Assembly: GCA_030390025.1 (NCBI GenBank)
Contig: CM059433.1
Span: 14,820,001-14,884,000, forward strand
Direction: 5' to 3'
Source of the DNA: Squalus acanthias
Lineage: Eukaryota
Length of the DNA: 64,000 nt
Shown here: positions 48,002-61,381 of the stretch, piece after piece
Layout of the letters: every line of letters starts with the position of its first letter
Numbering within the stretch: the stretch's first letter is position 1
The notes under the pieces: model-generated
Database searches by the model: none
What the model was told of the DNA's origin: nothing
Seen by the model: only the letters and a program-made list of their open reading frames with translations
Made by a program: the position numbers and the translations under genes

Positions 48002-49807
48002 GGCTCCTCGGTTGAAAGGGGCTAGCAGTGTGTCGCCGATGCCCAGGGATCTGTCCTCCACAAGGTCAGTGGGCGGGCTGAATAGAGGCCCCGAGGTAGT
48101 GGTGTGGGAATCATGGAGCAGGAACCTACTGGCCTCTCTTCAGATGGCAGCGTTCCTGCTCCCTCCCCCGCCACTCCGCCATTGCCTGCAGTTTTCTGTC
48201 AGCCAGGCGGCCCAGACTGCTGAAGGCCATGCTGCGATGGTGCAGTCTGAGGCAGGGCCATCATGGCCCACTGCCTCTCGAGGGCGTCCCAGGAGGACGC
48301 ATGAACTTCCCTCTTCAGATTCTCAGCAACCATCCACCTCGCCAGCTGTTGCCACTCGGGTTGCACTTCATGGAAGCACCAGAGTCGACAAGAGCACGTA
48401 TAGATAGTGACTAAGGGTAAGCACCAGGGTGAATAGTTTAATATTTGTAAGTGCTGTTGGTTGTGTCATGTTTTATTGTTTGTACTTTCTCTTGATAAAG
48501 ATTGATTATGGTAATTGGGTAGTGGTGGAATTGGTGATCTTTTATATTGTGTTCTTCATGGGGAAGGGTTTGAAAGGATTATGTGCAGATGCTGGACTTC
48601 TTGATGGACCCTCAGTCCTGGAAGGTAAGGCATGTGGCAACAGTGTTCCAAAGTCCGATGGTAGAGGACGACTCTCAAAAGTGCTCTTCAATTAGATGAC
48701 GACAAGCGTCCCTCCCAGGTGTGAGCCATCTAGCCGGAACCCTCTGGTGATCCCTGGTCCTCCTCGTCTTCCTCCTCCTCCTCTTGTGGTTCCTGAGCTT
48801 GATCCTCTGGCACAATTGCTGGTAGTAACGGCTGGTCTCTCATGATCGGCAGATTCTGGAGCTTGCAGCAAGTCACCACGAATCTGGAGCACTCTTCGCC
48901 CCCCCCCCCCCTCTCTCCTCCAGCAGCTGGTGCTGCTCTGCCTGGCCTCAACTCCTCCTCACGTTCCTCTTCCAGACGAAGGGGGACCCCTGGCAAGATG
49001 CCCATGACCAAGCACTCCCTTTCTCCTGGTGACTCCTATAAGGTCTCCAATAAGGTGGAGTAGCACAGCACTCACTCTCTTCAGGTGAAGTTTGTCAGAG
49101 AATTTCCGCAATAAATGTTGATAGAGTGTTGATGAAGTCTTGACAAAGTGTCCCAGAAAGTCTCCCGATGTGATTCAAATGTCCTCTTCAAATACAGTGT
49201 AGTCAGTCGATCTCCAGCAGCAAATGAACAGTGAAAGCTGAGCATGGCTTTAAGTAGTGCTCGCAATCCACACTAACGACTTCTTTACTCCTGTTCAACT
49301 GGTCGCTGTTAGGAGAGGTCGTTAATTGAAGCGCTAGCCAGCAAAATGGTGTGCAGCCTCTTTAATAAGAGTAAGGAGCCAATTTAATTGGTCATTAGAG
49401 CCTTAATCATCTTTGGGATGGCCGTTCCTAGCACACGCTTCAACTCATTTACCAAGATGGTGTTCTGAGCTAAAGGCGGGCTAACCAGGCATTGCAGCCC
49501 AAGACCCCATCTTGGCCACCTTTAGAGCCTAAAGTATCCGGGGAAAATCTCCCCCTGAGTTTTGTAACATTGCGCATATTATACAATAAAATACATACTT
49601 CCCAAGATAGAGATATGCACACACTGCCTGGTGCGATCAGTTGGTGTAATGTGTGGAGGAAAATAGAGAGAGAGAAATCAAGAAAATCAAGGTAGGGGAA
49701 AGGAAACTTACTTGAAGTGAAGAGAGTGTCTGGAGGTTTTTGAAAGCAGGGAAGGAGATGAAAAAGCAGATGTATTTAAGGAGTGCATTCCAGAGCGCAG
49801 AGCTATA

Positions 49808-50450
49808 GGCCCCGATATTGACAGGAGCGGGTTGCGTAAGCTCAGGGGAAGAGATTTGGTTGGGACCCACATGCTGTGGAGGCTTAATTCCACAGTGTGC
49901 GTCTTTTTGTTTCAACAGGTTCCCCGCCCGAAAGCCAACCTGATTGACACTCTGGAGCAGGCTGCAGCGCAGGAGCAGGTAAGCAAACTTCTACTGCGTC
50001 AGTGGGAGCGTGGTAGGGGGGGTTCCGGATCTTGGGGGTGTCCGGTCGGGGGTCAGATCCCAGGGGTGGGGGCAAGCGTCCGATGGCAGTGAATCAGGTA
50101 CGCTTGGTGGGCCGGGGGGAAGCACTCCTGCTCCTCCTGACCCACAATCAGTGCTGGGTACTGACCTTTCCCCCGAAGCAGTCCTTATCTCCCTTGAGCT
50201 GCCGGGTTTCCCGAGGCCAGGGAAACTTGGCCGGCCAGGGTTAAACCTGTAAAACAGGTGAAATGTGAAGCTCCCAGCCTCATTATAATACGTAAATGGC
50301 TAACCCGCCTCCTGGGAGCCGGTTGGCTGCCCGTCCCCTGTCCGGAAGTGGGCGGGTTGGAGGTGGGTTGGGGTCGGGTTTGAGATTTAAAACATTTTTA
50401 CACCTCACCCGAGCCCAACCCACCTGTTTGGGGGGGTTAAAATTACCCTC
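49808..50450. mobile_element. Harbinger-like MITE inserted in an old L2-like fragment
   Basis: ggccccgatattgac ... gttaaaattaccctc, TSD ATA; flanks read as L2-like (KIDFKILIL..QTLQGLAP on minus). Confidence 0.7.
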
Positions 50451-50886
50451 ATAATGGTTGAAAGAGCAATGACTAATGGTGGAGTGGAGGGGAGCAGGGA
50501 ACAATGGGTGTTAGAGTGTGGGATATGTATGCATATGGCTGGAGGAGATCACTGGAGCAAGACCTTGAAGGGTTTGAAAAGGTAGGATGAGGATCTTAAA
50601 GTCAATTTTCTGGGGAATGGAAGTGATGAAGCTTGGCAATGAGTTACAACAGGGTAGATTTTCGTCTTCACCACTCGGATGGTAATCTACCGGAACAGGT
50701 TGCACACACTTTATAGAACCTGCCTGATTTTCATGCCATTGATTTCAATGGAGGGTGGAGACAGGGAGACTGGGTAGGAGCGGATCAGTGAAGTCAAGCA
50801 TTGAAGTGACAAATATACGAATTAGGATTTCAGCAGCACCGGGGGCAAAGTACAGACTCCAATAGTCTCAAGCCGCACATCACTAT

Positions 50887-52334
50887 GGGGGAAAAATTCA
50901 GTTGGTTAGCTCCTGCAGCTGGAGTTAATGGGGCGCTGATGCAGTAGCGCCGGGGCGAGGCGAATCCGTTGCGCTGCCGGTACGAGGTACCGCTGGGGAC
51001 TTCAACACCAGGCAGATCATGACGTCAGTCACTGGGCGCCCGATCTGCCAAATTCATTGTGGACACGTACCTTTGCACCTCGACCAGACAGCGACAGGGA
51101 GAGGAGGCGCACAGCTGCAGGACGCCGGCTCCAGGGACGTTATTTAAAGGCATCCACATTAATCACTCACAACTCCCTCCCTAACAGCACTGTGGGAGTA
51201 CCTTCACCACACGGACTGCAGCAGTTCAAGAAGGCAGCTCATCATCACCTTCTCAAGGGCAACTAGGGATGGGCAATAAATGCCAGCTTGCCCGCATCCC
51301 GTGAACGAATATAAAAAAAACTTGTCAGGGCAGGTTAGTTTCAGTGGCCTCTTGTCAGTTTCAGCTAGTGAATGGGCTTGCATGAGTAATTTCAAGGTTC
51401 TTTTTTATCAGCAGTGTTCTGGCAAGTGCAAAGTGGCTACATTTATTATTCAAAGCTTCAAACTGCTACACGTGGCAACATTTCAGGGGGCTGTACTGGC
51501 ATGCCACCTCACCCTCCAGGATCTACGATGGAGGCAGCCAGAAATACGGGAACATGTGTGCAGAGGGATGACGAGGGACATCAGCGCTCTCACCAGGATG
51601 ACTTAAACCCCAGATCCCTTTTGCTCAACACATGCCCATCATACCATCCCTGTGTCATGCCATATCACAGCGTCCTCCTGGACACAAAGGTGAAATGAGA
51701 GAGACCACAAAATATTGCAAACTCCATTAATAAATTTATGCATAAACATATCACACACATCACATTCATTCTAATAACTAATGACCCTTGTGCCTGCAAT
51801 AGTTGAATAGTTACAATTGTGTACAAGGCATGAGATGTGGGTGTGAGTGTTGGTAGGTAGAGATTGTTGGTGGCTGACCGCTGGAGGTGTAGTGCTTTGG
51901 GCAGTGTGTGAAGCTTGTAGTAGCATTTGTTGAAGCATTCAATCACCCTGACCACCCGACTGAGGTGGATCTGCCATGAGCACACCTGCTTCAGTCCTAC
52001 GGCTCCTTCGCCATGTTGTGCTTCTCCTTGCTGAGGCAGCTGCACAGCCAGCAATGCCGAGAATGAGGTGCAGTATCAATGAACCCTCCCCTTTAGGTAC
52101 TGGGAAAAGCCTCTGGCAATGATGAGTTGTGATCAGACTGCACCCGATATTGGTCCACCCTTTCAGTGTAACGCCACTGAGCTAAGCCTTTAAGACTTGA
52201 TTTAGTGCCCCAATCATTTCTTTGAGCAGTGAGAATGAATTTTGCCTGCAGTCTAAAGCATTAGCACCTGGCGCTAATTCTCAAACTTTTCTAAAGATTC
52301 CGCCCATTCCTGGGCTAAAATGAATTTCTGGCCC
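50887..52334 (+). mobile_element. Internal-deletion derivative of the 21949 Harbinger family, with LINE tail at 51168-51320
   Basis: gggggaaaaatt / aatttctggccc, TSD TAT; blocks homologous to 22100-22530, 23630-23810 and 26960-27764. Confidence 0.82.
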
Positions 52335-53164
52335 TATGTATTTCATAGAGTTCAGTCAAAAGACAAGTTTGAAACAGGACTGGTGCTGCAGAAAGCATGT
52401 AACAGAGAGTTTACTAAAGCTAATCAAGTGGTCAATCAGCTGACTGTATGATCCAAAGCACTATTAAAGATATTCAGCATGAAAATATCAAGAAATATAT
52501 GTTTATCTCATTTGAGTAATAGACAGAGATACTAAGAACAATGATAATGTATCAACACAATAAGAATCTGCACTTGGAGGGATTAAATGAGTTCAGTCTG
52601 TCAGGAAGCACAGTATTAATTAATAGTACATTAAAAATGAATGATATTGGCCTAGCACCAATTTAACAAACGAATGATTTGACATACTTGCAAATTCATT
52701 AAAGCACTCAAATCTTCATTTTTAGTACTTCCAAAGGCCCTTTACATAAATTTGATATTTATTACTTCTTTATGCATACTTTTCACATTATTGTTACAAT
52801 GTCCTACTTACATACTACTTTGCATTCTTAATTATAGCTTGGGAGCTTAGAAGGTGTACTGGGTCCTTGGGAGTAATTTTTCATTGTCACTTGACTATCT
52901 CATGCTAGTTTGTTTTATATAAAAATGAACCATGAAAACTTTAGTCATTAAAATACAATCAAGATATTTGGTAGATCATTACCAATGCAATACTTAAAGC
53001 ACTGAAATGATTAGCCTCATGAATATGCACACATGCATATTTGAACACTCCTTGATTATATACAGCCTATAATACTAACATGCATTTAAGTGTAGAGTTT
53101 TCTTTTTTTAAAGAAAAAGTAAACATTAGTCATTTATGTTATAGAACTCTATTCTATTATATTC

Positions 53165-53552
53165 CTTGTTTTCAAATCCCTCCATGGCCTCACCCCTCCC
53201 TATCTCTGTAATCTCTGTAACCCCCCCTGAGATATCTGCGCTCCTCTAATTCTGCCCTCTTGAGCATCCCTGATTATAATCGCTCAACCATTGGTGGCCA
53301 TGCCTTCTGTTGCCTGGGCCCTAAGCTCTGGAATTCCCTGCCAAAACCTCTCCGCCTCGCTACCTCTCTTTCCTGCCTTTAAGATGCTCCTTAAAACCTA
53401 CCTCTTTGACCAAGCTTTTGGTCACCTGCCCTAATTTCTCCTTATGTGGCTCGGTGTCAATTTTTTTGTCTTATAACACTCCTGTGAAGCGTCTTGAGAC
53501 GTTTTACGACGTTAAAGGCGCTATATAAATACAAGTTGTTGTTGTTGTTGTT
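53165..53552 (+). mobile_element. L2-type LINE 3' end
   Basis: FKSLHGLTPPYL, PKLWNSLP, LKTYLFDQAF; tail aaaggcgctatataaatacaag(ttg)n. Confidence 0.8.
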
Positions 53553-54109
53553 AGTATTAAATAAGAAGATAAGAAAGGTCAAAAGGAGAAAAGGTCATTC
53601 AATCAATCAAGCCCGCTCCATTCAGATTTCACATATAATTATTCTATTATAGACTCCCCTCCCCTATTCTTCCTACTACTCTTGATCCCTAATTTTAATG
53701 TTCACCAAGTTCCTTTCCCTACTTTACATGAAGATAATCAAGCAGTACTCAATTCCCCTTTTTCAGCAGAGATTGATCCAGCTCCCTTTTTAAGGTATCA
53801 TTTGACCCAAAATCAGCTACCCACTCTAAGGCCGCGATCTCCCCTACCTGGGCGGCTACATGGCAGGAGAGATCGTGGCGGGCCATGAGCCCGCTGTCAT
53901 CTTCATCGCGCTGAGAATTTTTTTTTTGCATTAATGGGCCTTGTTAAGCCCATCCTTCACGTTCCCCGACCCAATTACAAGGTGCGGGTCAGGTGACGTC
54001 AGCGCTGACGCTTCCGTTGCCGGTATATTTTAAAGGGCCCATGGCCCCATTTCATTTCACTTCTTCATATTCAAGTCTGCAGTGCAGAGAACTTTGGTTT
54101 ATTCAGAAA

Positions 54110-55992
54110 ATGAGTTTGCAAAGGCAGAGGGCTGCTACTCGCTTCAGTGATGACTCCCTCCATGTCCTTGTGGAGGGAATCAGAGCACGCAGGGAGGTTC
54201 TCTCCCCTGCCAGTGGGCGGAGGAGACCTCCCCAGGAGACCAAGGCAGCCTGCTGCAAATAGCTGAGGAGGTCACAGGCAGGTATGTGGTGATGAGGACC
54301 TGGGTGCAATGCCGCAAGCATTTTAATGATCTTCTACGATCAGGAAAAGTGAGTATAAAGCCACACTTAACTTCAAGCTGCTGTGCCTGTTATCACTTCC
54401 CCATCACTCAGCATTCCCAACCCTACTCCTGCACATCGCTACTCAATGCAACATCCCTTGCACCGTCACCCATCCCTCTCTATCTATCTACATTATCACA
54501 TCCTCATCTTACTATGCACCCCTCACACTCACCCTCATCCTAATGCAATGACACCAACTAACAACACTAAGGGAGGCAACTTGTTACAGCCACCCCACTC
54601 CATCATAGTCTCCCTCTAAAGATCTAACCCATCCATTCCTTACACTCATTCCATCACTCTTACTCAACCTTCTCTTCTTTCCCTCCTTGCAGGAGAAGAG
54701 AGCCCACAACAAGAGGGAGAAGGGGAGAACGAGAGGTGACCCTCAATCATTGGCCATTCTAACAATTGCAGAGGAGGCTGCCCTGGAGATCACTAGAGCG
54801 GTCGACCAGCCGGAAGTGGGGGACGGAGAGAGAGGCTCATCAGAACAACCTGGTGACAGAATCATTTTCCATACACCTACATGGCATTCATCAGTCACTC
54901 ATATGGGGGCTGATGTCAAGAGAAATTGAATGCTCATAATGTGCATAATGGTATCTGTATGCAATTGACATATTATATATCTAACTGATGTCTTTACTCT
55001 CCCACAGGTCCATCAAGAGCCCTCCCACTGTCCAGGAGGAACAGCAAGAGGGCTCCTCAGAGGAGGCTCCAGCCTCTGAGGGCGCAGCATCACCTCTGAC
55101 AAGGCAAGCCAGCACCAGCACAGATACAATCACCTCGGTGGGTCCGTCGCGAAATAGAATAGTTTTGTCACCTGGTGTCTCATTCAGGTGAGCAAGAGCA
55201 GATGGTGGAGACAGGGACAGCAGTGGAGACACCTCATTGGAGGGCGCAGGAGTCTCCTAGCTCTGCTCAGCTGCATGCAGACGCTGAGCCTCGGGGCCCA
55301 TCAAGGAACAGGGCGATCCTGGAGCTGGAGCAACAAGTGCAGTAGGCTCTGACAGAGTTTGGAACCGCGGTGACTGCGAGTGTGCAGAGAATGGAAGAGT
55401 CCATCTTAAGCATGAGCACCACCGTGGTGCACGCACTCGCGACTGTTGGTTCCTCCATGGATAGGATGGCCACCTACATGGAGGACATAATGCGCCAGTC
55501 GCATGAGCACATGGTCTCAATTCAAAATAGATGGGCATCTATGGAGGAGAGAAACCAGAGGCTCATAGATGTCCTTGCTAGGAGGAATGTCAGTATAGGC
55601 ATGAGTCCTCATGGCCCCACTGATGTGCAGCAAGATGCTCTCCATCTACTTGCTAGCAGAGAAGTGCGGGTGGCCCATGAGAGGGATAATGGTGGGAGGG
55701 CACATGGAAGTGGGGGCTCCTCTTCAAGTGCTCACACTTCTACCCCTTGCCAACCCCTCAGTCAGAGCCCCAGATGCCTCCCTGGACAGCGATGGCCGAG
55801 TCTGCCACTGCACAGTCGCAGGAGGAGCAGACTTTGGCAGGGCCCACACAGGCTCCAAAACCCAGAGGATGACCGCCAAAGGCGTTGAAGCAGATGCAGC
55901 AGGGAGGTGAGGAGGCTGCCTCTACCTCTGCGGAAGCCACTGGGGTTGCATCACGTAGAAGCACTTGGAAAAGAAAGAAGCCACACAAATAG
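54110..55992 (+). pseudogene. Harbinger Myb/SANT-like (trihelix) partner gene, 3 exons
   Basis: MSLQRQRAATRFSDDSLHVLVEGI..WVQCRKHFNDLLRSGK|gtgagt; ttgcag|EKRAHNKRE; ccacag| third exon; contains stops and frameshifts. Confidence 0.75.
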
Positions 55993-57284
55993 AGTCACAG
56001 AGGGTAGTCACTTGGGTGTTTCTTTCAATGTTATTGACAAGTTTATGTTAAATTAATTGTGTGTATTAAATCATTTAATTCGTTAACTTTGTGGTCCTTG
56101 GCAAATGTGTGTGGACACTTGGAAGTGGCAGAGTGAATGGTCAGGGCTAATTTAATCTCCAGCAATGGTGGTAACAGTGATAATAAAGGACTGGCCATTG
56201 TAGGGATGGTTAATGGTGTTGATGTGGTCTGATGCCAATGTGCCAACGCATGTGGCAGCCACATGTCTGTGGTGTGTGAAGTTAACTAAATCTGGCCATG
56301 ATGAGGTGATTCCTGGCCTCACGGGCAGCAATGTGGTCATGTACTGGTGGCATTGGGACCACCGGCTCCTCCAGGTCTTCATTATCCTCGTCCTCAAACT
56401 CATGCTCTGCTCCTTGTTCCTCATGCAGGGCTAATCCTTGCTGCTACGCTATGTTGTGCAGGACGCAGCAGACCACTACGATTCTGGAGACCCTGGCTGG
56501 TGTGTACTGAAGGGCTCCTCCAGATCTGTCCAGGCATCTGAAGTGCATTTTAAGCAATCCTATTGTCTGGTGGAGATGAGGCTTTGATCATAATGTTCCT
56601 CAACCTCGTTTGTTGGCCTCCTCAAAGGTGTCATGAGCTGTGTCTTTAGTGGCTAGCCTTTGTCTCCAAGCAGCCAGCCGGAAAGACTGTTTGGAGGTCT
56701 GAAGAGCTGAGGTACGGTGGACTGGCGCAGGATGTAAGAGGCATGGCAGCTCCCAGGGAACTTGGCGCACACATGGATGAATAAAGACATATCCTACCAA
56801 CTGCACCACTAGCCTCACACACTGTTCAATGCACAACCCCCAATCACTCACCTACCAACAACCTGCACCAATGACGAGGCACATCTCCCATTCCTAGCCT
56901 CACCTCACCCTCTTGGAGGAGACGGTGCAGGGGCATGGCTGAGCCCTTGGCCAGCGGTGGGGCTGAAAGGATACAAGATGCTGGTATCCTCGTACGTTAT
57001 CCTCCTTCTGGTTTGCACTTCTTTCTTTCTTGCCTTCTCCTCGGCACAACTCCACACTTGTGCCTTCCTAATTTCACACACCCAAGAAATGCAGCCTGCC
57101 CAGCCAATGGGTCAACAAGAAGAGGCAGCCTGCCCAGCCAATGGGACTGCCGGCAGATGATGCCATCCCGGATATCCGGGCCACATAGGGGCTGTCTGGG
57201 ATGCATCCTTCCATCTGATTCCTCCTCTTTGGCTTCCTCCTCTTCTGCATCTTCCTCTTCCCTCTGCAAGCGAATGTTGTGAAT

Positions 57285-57412
57285 GTGAAATGACAGCATA
57301 ACATGCTGGAAATACTCATTTGGTCAGGCAGCATGTCGACCTGAGACGTGAATTCTGTTTTTCTCTCCACGGATGTTGCATGACCTGTTGAGTATTCACT
57401 GCATGTTCTGTC
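57285..57412. mobile_element. Penelope-like pLTR fragments in inverted arrangement
   Basis: atgctggaaatactca..ggtcaggcagcat followed by ctccacggatgttgcatgacctgttgagtatt; similar to 21900-21948. Confidence 0.5.
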
Positions 57413-57897
57413 TTCTCAAAGGCCTTCATTTACCATCTGAGCCCTTGCAAGCATCCAGCAGCACTCCCTACACACTTAGAAAACTTTTCACATCTATTGC
57501 AGCAAGCCACCACTTCAATAAAATCAAAAAAATCCAGTCCAAACCCTTAAATTCAAATTTACCTGAATAATGTGTGAGTCCCTTCAAGAGCTGCTGACAC
57601 TGCCACTGTCAGCTTGCTTGCACGCCAGGTTAACCTCGCCTGCTTAGGACCCAGCACTGAATTCAGCGCTAGGGTCGAAGTTTGCGTTGATGATGTTAAG
57701 TCGACGTTGCACGCCGATTGACGTCACCACGCCGCCATTTTTTTCCCAGGGCGCTGCCAGTTACCAGCAGCGCAAACGGAGAGGAATATGGCGGCCGCCG
57801 CGGGACCCACCCCCAGCTGGCGAAAGAGTGGTGGCCGCCATTTTATCGTCATTTCATGGCTCTATGGACTGTCGGTAAGTAGATGAATTTCTAGCCC

Positions 57898-58226
57898 AGA
57901 GAGAGTGTTTCCACTTGTGGAGAAGACCAAAACTAGAGGCCATCAATATAGGATAGTCACCAAGAAATCAAATAGGGAATTCAGAAGAAACTTCTTTGCC
58001 CAGAGGGTGATGAGAATGTGGAACAGGGAGTGGTTGAGGTGAATAGTATGGATGCATTGAAGGGGAGGCTGGATAAGCATATGAGGGAGAAGGGAATAGA
58101 GGGTTATGCTGATAGATTTAGATGAGGAAAGACAGGAGGAGGCTCGAGTGGAGCATAAATGCCAGCGTGGACTGGTTGGGCCGAATGGCCTGTTTCTGTG
58201 CCGTATATCCTATGTAGTTCTATGTA
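57898..58226 (+). mobile_element. CR1 3' fragment
   Basis: Close match to 6280-6617. Confidence 0.88.
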
Positions 58227-58457
58227 AATCACCACAGACCTGGAGGCTGCAGATAATGAGGTGTCACAATTACCAAATATATGGATATCTCAAACTGGGT
58301 CACTGGGGGCGGCCTCTTGCCACCCGATTATAACAGTAAAATTGGCCGAGCCCACTGCTACCGCTCCTGGATTGGGCCAGTCGCTCGCTTTGCCACATCG
58401 TCACCTGGGCCCAATCGAGCCCATTTGTTCATTCCAATACGGCACTGTTAAAAGAAT

Positions 58458-59214
58458 GGGGGAGAAATTCCCTTGGTTTGTGCCTCCCGTTAGCACCTGC
58501 GGGGGACGGTAACGGGGCGCTAAGGAGTTACCGACCGGGCGCAGCGAATTCACCGATGCCACGATCTTCCTGGCGGGTTTGTGTTGGTTCTAAGACTTAA
58601 CGCCTCGCTCTCTTGCGCCCCGAAAGTCATGACATCATCTGGTGCGCAGCGCCCCGTTAGCGCCCCGGAAGTGATATTTGCTCCCGCCCCCTGCAGCATC
58701 GCTGGGCATCAACAACGGCAGCAACAGGAGGCGCTGTCACCTCGGCTGGCCGCTTGGGGAGCGCTAATTAAAGGTAGTGGTGATCAGATAGGGCAAAATT
58801 TATTTCTGTCCCCATTCTGCTGCCTCCTGCTGTCTTCTGCCCCCGTGATTGCTCAGCCCTGCACTCTCTTAGAGTGCTTGGGGCTGCTATGCGCGTTGCG
58901 CAGGTGCCGTCGCCCAACAGACGCAGCCTGAAGATTCATTCAACGCAGCATTGGCCCTTCCCTTTAAGGGAGGGAAGGAGCCTGTAAAGACGGCAGCGCT
59001 GCCCTGAACATTGCTCAGCGCTCTGTCGATACCGCCCCTCTCACTCCCTTTAGTGCTCTAAGGGAAGTGGTAGCGCTTGATTTAGCGTTCCACTTCCCTC
59101 TTGGAGCGCTAAAGCGGAAGTTCCTGGCAGCAGCAAATCTTTTTCGCCAGGCGATACTTTTGCTGTCCCTGAAAAGTTATCGCTCCAAATGGGGCGCTAC
59201 ACAATTTCTAGCCC
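58458..59214. mobile_element. Harbinger MITE
   Basis: gggggagaaatt ... aatttctagccc, TSD AAT; inverted relative of 31091-31854. Confidence 0.85.
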
Positions 59215-60114
59215 AATGTGTTTAAGTACAGCAACATTTTTCAATTGCATTTGTTGCCTTTTGGTCCAGTCAATTACCTAAGTTAGGGCACAAATTGTTT
59301 TTTTCCCCTAGATGAAACCAACTAGGTTAATACACATCTGTCCAGATTTTATTTTTGTTTCAAGGTTCATTGTTGCCGACTGTTTATTTACTGCTCCTCA
59401 TGTACAACACAGGAAACTCTAGTAAATAACCCAAGTATGGCAAGCCAGTAGTAAGAATCCTGAATAGCACTCTCTGAGCAACTCCTTCTTCCCTGAATAA
59501 ATAATTTCTGTACCTGTCTCTCAGTCTCTGTGTTCTTCCCTCTGAGCAATAAGATCCTTTTCCTTCATTGGTGTACGCGCGCTATCACATTTAAAAAACT
59601 GCAACAAGAAAAGAAAAAGGGCAGCATAAATTCCATCGAAATCTTATCCAATTGCCCGAGTGGAAAAACCTACGATTCTATTAAGCTTTTACCATTTCTG
59701 ACCATCTGCTCCGAAAGGAAACTTTGGCGGGAGAATCTCTATCACTCAGTTCTGGAAGATGAAGTTAGGTGCAAATGATGTGACGACATTTTAGCAATGA
59801 AGTGATGTAGCGTATCTGCATTGCAAATAAGAGGGCCCAGTTAAAACACGTAAATATCAGGCGAGCAAGCAGTTAAAATGGCCACAGTGACTTACCCGCT
59901 GCGTTCCCATGGGTCAGGATTTTAATCTGCTCTTTTGAACAGGCGGGCGGGACACCCTCCTGAAGGCAGCAGGATCCAGCTTTAAATATCATCGGGGGAC
60001 CAACGGCAATTTTAACCAAGGCCTGCGTGGGGAAGTCATCGTGGCTTCCCCATCAGACCAATCTAGTTGCAAACAGGGATCCTCCATACATTGATAGTCT
60101 GGAGGGGGTATATA

Positions 60115-60875
60115 GGGGGAAAAATTGAGTCGCGCCCCCTTTGGGGCATTAACTTTGCCGGGGCGCTACTTTTAGTGCCCCATAAAAATTAGCGCCCCCG
60201 CGCCGGAAATTGCGTGGTTGCGCCCCAAGAGGGAAGCGGGACGCTACTGGAAGCGCCCCGCATCCCTCTTGGGGCGCTGCGAGTCAATATCGTGGCGCTA
60301 CGTGCTGCAGCGCCAGGCACTGCGGCACGTCGCACCGCAGTTTTGCAGGCCTTCCTCCCCTTCTTAAAGGGGAGGGGCCTTGTGCAGCGCGAACCGGGGC
60401 CCAGCTGGGCCCCCGGGGATTGGGAGTGCCGGCAAAAGAGCCCGGCACTCAAGAGAAGTGCCGGGCTCTTGGAGCGCAGCTGGCACTTCGCGGGGGGGGG
60501 CTTCATGAGGGCTGGAGACAGCAACGGGGGCAGGTGCTGGCAGGCGGCCAGCAACAAAAATGGCCGCCCGCCACCTCCCCTTTAACTAGCGCCGCCCCAG
60601 TCGCAGATAGGCCCCCCTGACCCCGGCAGACATAGCGTCCGGCGGTAAGTCAAGGGGCGCTACCGAAGATCGCGGCTGGAGCGCAAGCATGGTGATGACG
60701 TCATCGCCGACGGCGCAGCGCCACAGGGCACTACCGGTTAGCGCCGCCGCTAACCTCCCGCTGAATTTTGCGGGAGGCGTGGGCGGCGCCGCACCCGGGC
60801 GCTAGTTACTTTGCGCCCCATTAGCGCCCTGTTAAGGCGCTAACGGGAGGCGCAAACCAACTGAATTTTTTCCCC
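60115..60875. mobile_element. GC-rich Harbinger MITE
   Basis: Copy of the 16320-17092 family, TSD ATA. Confidence 0.85.
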
Positions 60876-61155
60876 ATAGTGTCAAAATTCCCAAAGGCAA
60901 TTTTCACACAAGCATGTGATTCACGTGTAAGGAGTTCTGAAAATAGCACGAAGGAGGAGAAGCGATTGGTTTGTTTAAAAAAATAAACTCACGACTTAGA
61001 AAAAAAAATCAGCTGCTTTCTTGCAACATCTGAAGTCGATAGAAATGCACAGAAATCCCAACAAGGAAACAGGCCAGTCAGCCCAACCATTCTATGTTGG
61101 CGTTTACCCTCCAAATGAACAAATAGCTCTATTCACATTTACCCACCATGTTCTA

Positions 61156-61381
61156 TTTCCTTTCGGAGCAGATGCTCAGAATGGTAAAAGCTTAATAGAA
61201 TTACCTAAGTTGGGGCACAATTTGGTTTTTTTCCCCCTAGAGGAAACCAACTAGGTTAATACACATCTATCCAGATTTTACTTTTGTTTCAAGGTTCAAT
61301 GTTGCCTACTGTTTATTTACTGCTCCTGATGTACAACACTGGTAACTCCAGAAAATAACCCAAGGATGGCAATCCAGTAGT
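61156..61381. repeat. Mosaic local duplication (inverted 59675-59721 plus direct 59272-59452)
   Basis: Visual alignment of both segments. Confidence 0.85.

Larger units (their letters stand above)
46327..49555. mobile_element. Decayed Harbinger (Myb partner +, transposase remnant -)
   Basis: gggggagaaatt / aaatctccccc termini; FVVTCCKLQNL...QEEEEEDEED remnant on minus; QQPSTSPAVAT on plus. Confidence 0.7.
53830..57897. mobile_element. Decayed Harbinger (Myb partner +, transposase remnant -)
   Basis: Right end aatttctagccc; transposase C-terminal remnant at 56290-56700 on minus; left boundary uncertain. Confidence 0.7.

Noticed and set aside
59692..59816. Minus-strand exon-like segment (gcaatgcag ... 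gtaaaa)
   Set aside because: Stops in all frames and no supporting neighbouring exons
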